This document shows positions 15,934 through 16,806 of a DNA stretch of 16,806 nucleotides, piece by piece (the stretch's first letter is position 1; every line of letters starts with the position of its first letter). The DNA comes from Candidatus Thorarchaeota archaeon SMTZ1-45 (GTDB lineage Archaea; Asgardarchaeota; Thorarchaeia; Thorarchaeales; Thorarchaeaceae): NCBI GenBank assembly GCA_001563335.1, contig LRSL01000079.1, forward strand, positions 1 through 16,806. Reading direction: 5' to 3'. The notes under the pieces are model-generated. The model was given only the letters and a program-made list of their open reading frames with translations. It had not been told where the DNA came from and made no database searches. The position numbers and the translations under genes are program-made.

Positions 15934-16806
15934 ATGAGTGTGATCGATGACCGTGTCAAGAACATGAAACTCAACATAGTTCGTACTGTCAAGGGTTTCT
16001 TCGAGAAGCACTTTCCTGACACGTCAGAAGAACTGAGTAGAGACTTCGAGGAACGATACATTGCTCTGGTGGAAGAGAATGAGCATGAAGTAGCCTCTGA
16101 AGTGGAGGCGATGAGAAACCTCATCATCTGTTTCAAACCTTCACTCTCTTTGGTTCTAGAACCTTGCGAAGAATTCGATATGCTCATGACAATGATACAG
16201 TTCATGCTTAAGGCTCCCTGGAAAGGGGCACATCGGAGAAAGATGAAACCTGCCAGTACAAAGAAAGGACCGGTCATGCCAGGAAGTGACCAATCAATCA
16301 ATATCGATTTTTTCTGCTCTGTATGCGAACAAGTTGTCGATGTGCCCTATGAGAAGAAGATGGAGCTACTTAATTCAGAGGATGAAGTCGAGCTTCCGAC
16401 TCATTGCGATTTGCCTGTTACGATTCGAATCTCCAAGAAGCAAGAAAAGCCCAAAGCGTCTTTGGTTGAGAAAGAAGAAACAATTGAACCAATTGAACTA
16501 TTGATGCAGCATATTGCAGCTGAGAATGTTGAATACATAAAGGTCCTGAGCGTGGGCATAGACGTCGGTTCATCCACGTCGCATCTGATCTTTTCGCGAC
16601 TGACTCTAAAACGAGAAATTAGTCTATTCAACATCACAAATCGTTTCAACCTAGTAAATCGCGAGATACTATACAAGAGTTCGATCATCTTCACACCATT
16701 GCTGGATCGATACAACATTGATATCGATGCGGTTGTCGAATTCTGCAGAGAGGAATACAAGAAGGCGGGAATCACCCCTGAGATGGTTGAAACCGGGGCT
16801 GTCTTG
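15934..16806 (+). CDS. eutA: EutA-family (ethanolamine ammonia-lyase reactivase, actin-like ATPase) protein with a ~200-aa N-terminal extension; 3'-truncated by the window
   Basis: Not in the ORF track because it has no stop in the window. Manual translation gives 291 open codons from ATG 15934, which follows in-frame TGA TGA TGG. From ~16540 it reads VLSVGIDVGSSTSHLIFSRL...REILYKSSIIFTPL...EEYKKAGITPEMVETGAV, closely matching the EutA N-terminus (LSVGIDIGTTTTQVIFSRL...SPVFFTP...YQAAGIAPESVDSGAII). Confidence 0.85.
   Translation, partial: MSVIDDRVKNMKLNIVRTVKGFFEKHFPDTSEELSRDFEERYIALVEENEHEVASEVEAMRNLIICFKPSLSLVLEPCEEFDMLMTMIQFMLKAPWKGAHRRKMKPASTKKGPVMPGSDQSINIDFFCSVCEQVVDVPYEKKMELLNSEDEVELPTHCDLPVTIRISKKQEKPKASLVEKEETIEPIELLMQHIAAENVEYIKVLSVGIDVGSSTSHLIFSRLTLKREISLFNITNRFNLVNREILYKSSIIFTPLLDRYNIDIDAVVEFCREEYKKAGITPEMVETGAVL

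Noticed and set aside
15885-16775. ORFs 15885-16301 (-), 16286-16504 (+) and 16401-16775 (-)
   Set aside because: All overlap the eutA reading frame (frame +1 from 15934), which explains the region much better.
1-16806. CRISPR arrays, tRNA/rRNA genes, transposases or integrases, long tandem repeats
   Set aside because: None seen by eye. The intergenic gaps are all under ~140 nt and no ORF has mobile-element motifs.

Overview
Gene-dense archaeal window of moderate-to-low GC. It has BRE/TATA-type promoters, several TTG starts and a run of C-terminally anchored surface proteins; the protein style suggests an Asgard archaeon, probably Thorarchaeia (inference, not verified). In order it encodes: a 5'-truncated tandem GNAT acetyltransferase, a PPOX-family flavin/F420 protein, an MFS transporter, a cytoplasmic GH3 beta-glucosidase and three exported membrane-anchored proteins. 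Those three are a 5'-nucleotidase-like protein with degenerate metal ligands, a DUF6345-type protein and a beta-propeller glycoprotein. Next come an acetoacetate-decarboxylase-family gene divergent from a cobalamin/2x[4Fe-4S] reductive-dehalogenase-like gene plus an aldo/keto reductase. The window ends with a small membrane protein, an Ldh_2-family dehydrogenase, a small winged-helix protein and a 3'-truncated EutA-family reactivase with a ~200-aa N-terminal extension, which the ORF track missed. No tRNA, rRNA, CRISPR array or mobile element was seen. The best leads for something new are three: (1) the 694-aa protein, which looks like an exported polyprotein (propeptide-like module, Ig domain, TM anchor, second internal signal peptide, caspase-fold His/Cys domain); (2) the wHTH / double-palindrome / eutA divergon; (3) the desulforedoxin-like metal ribbon fused to EutA.
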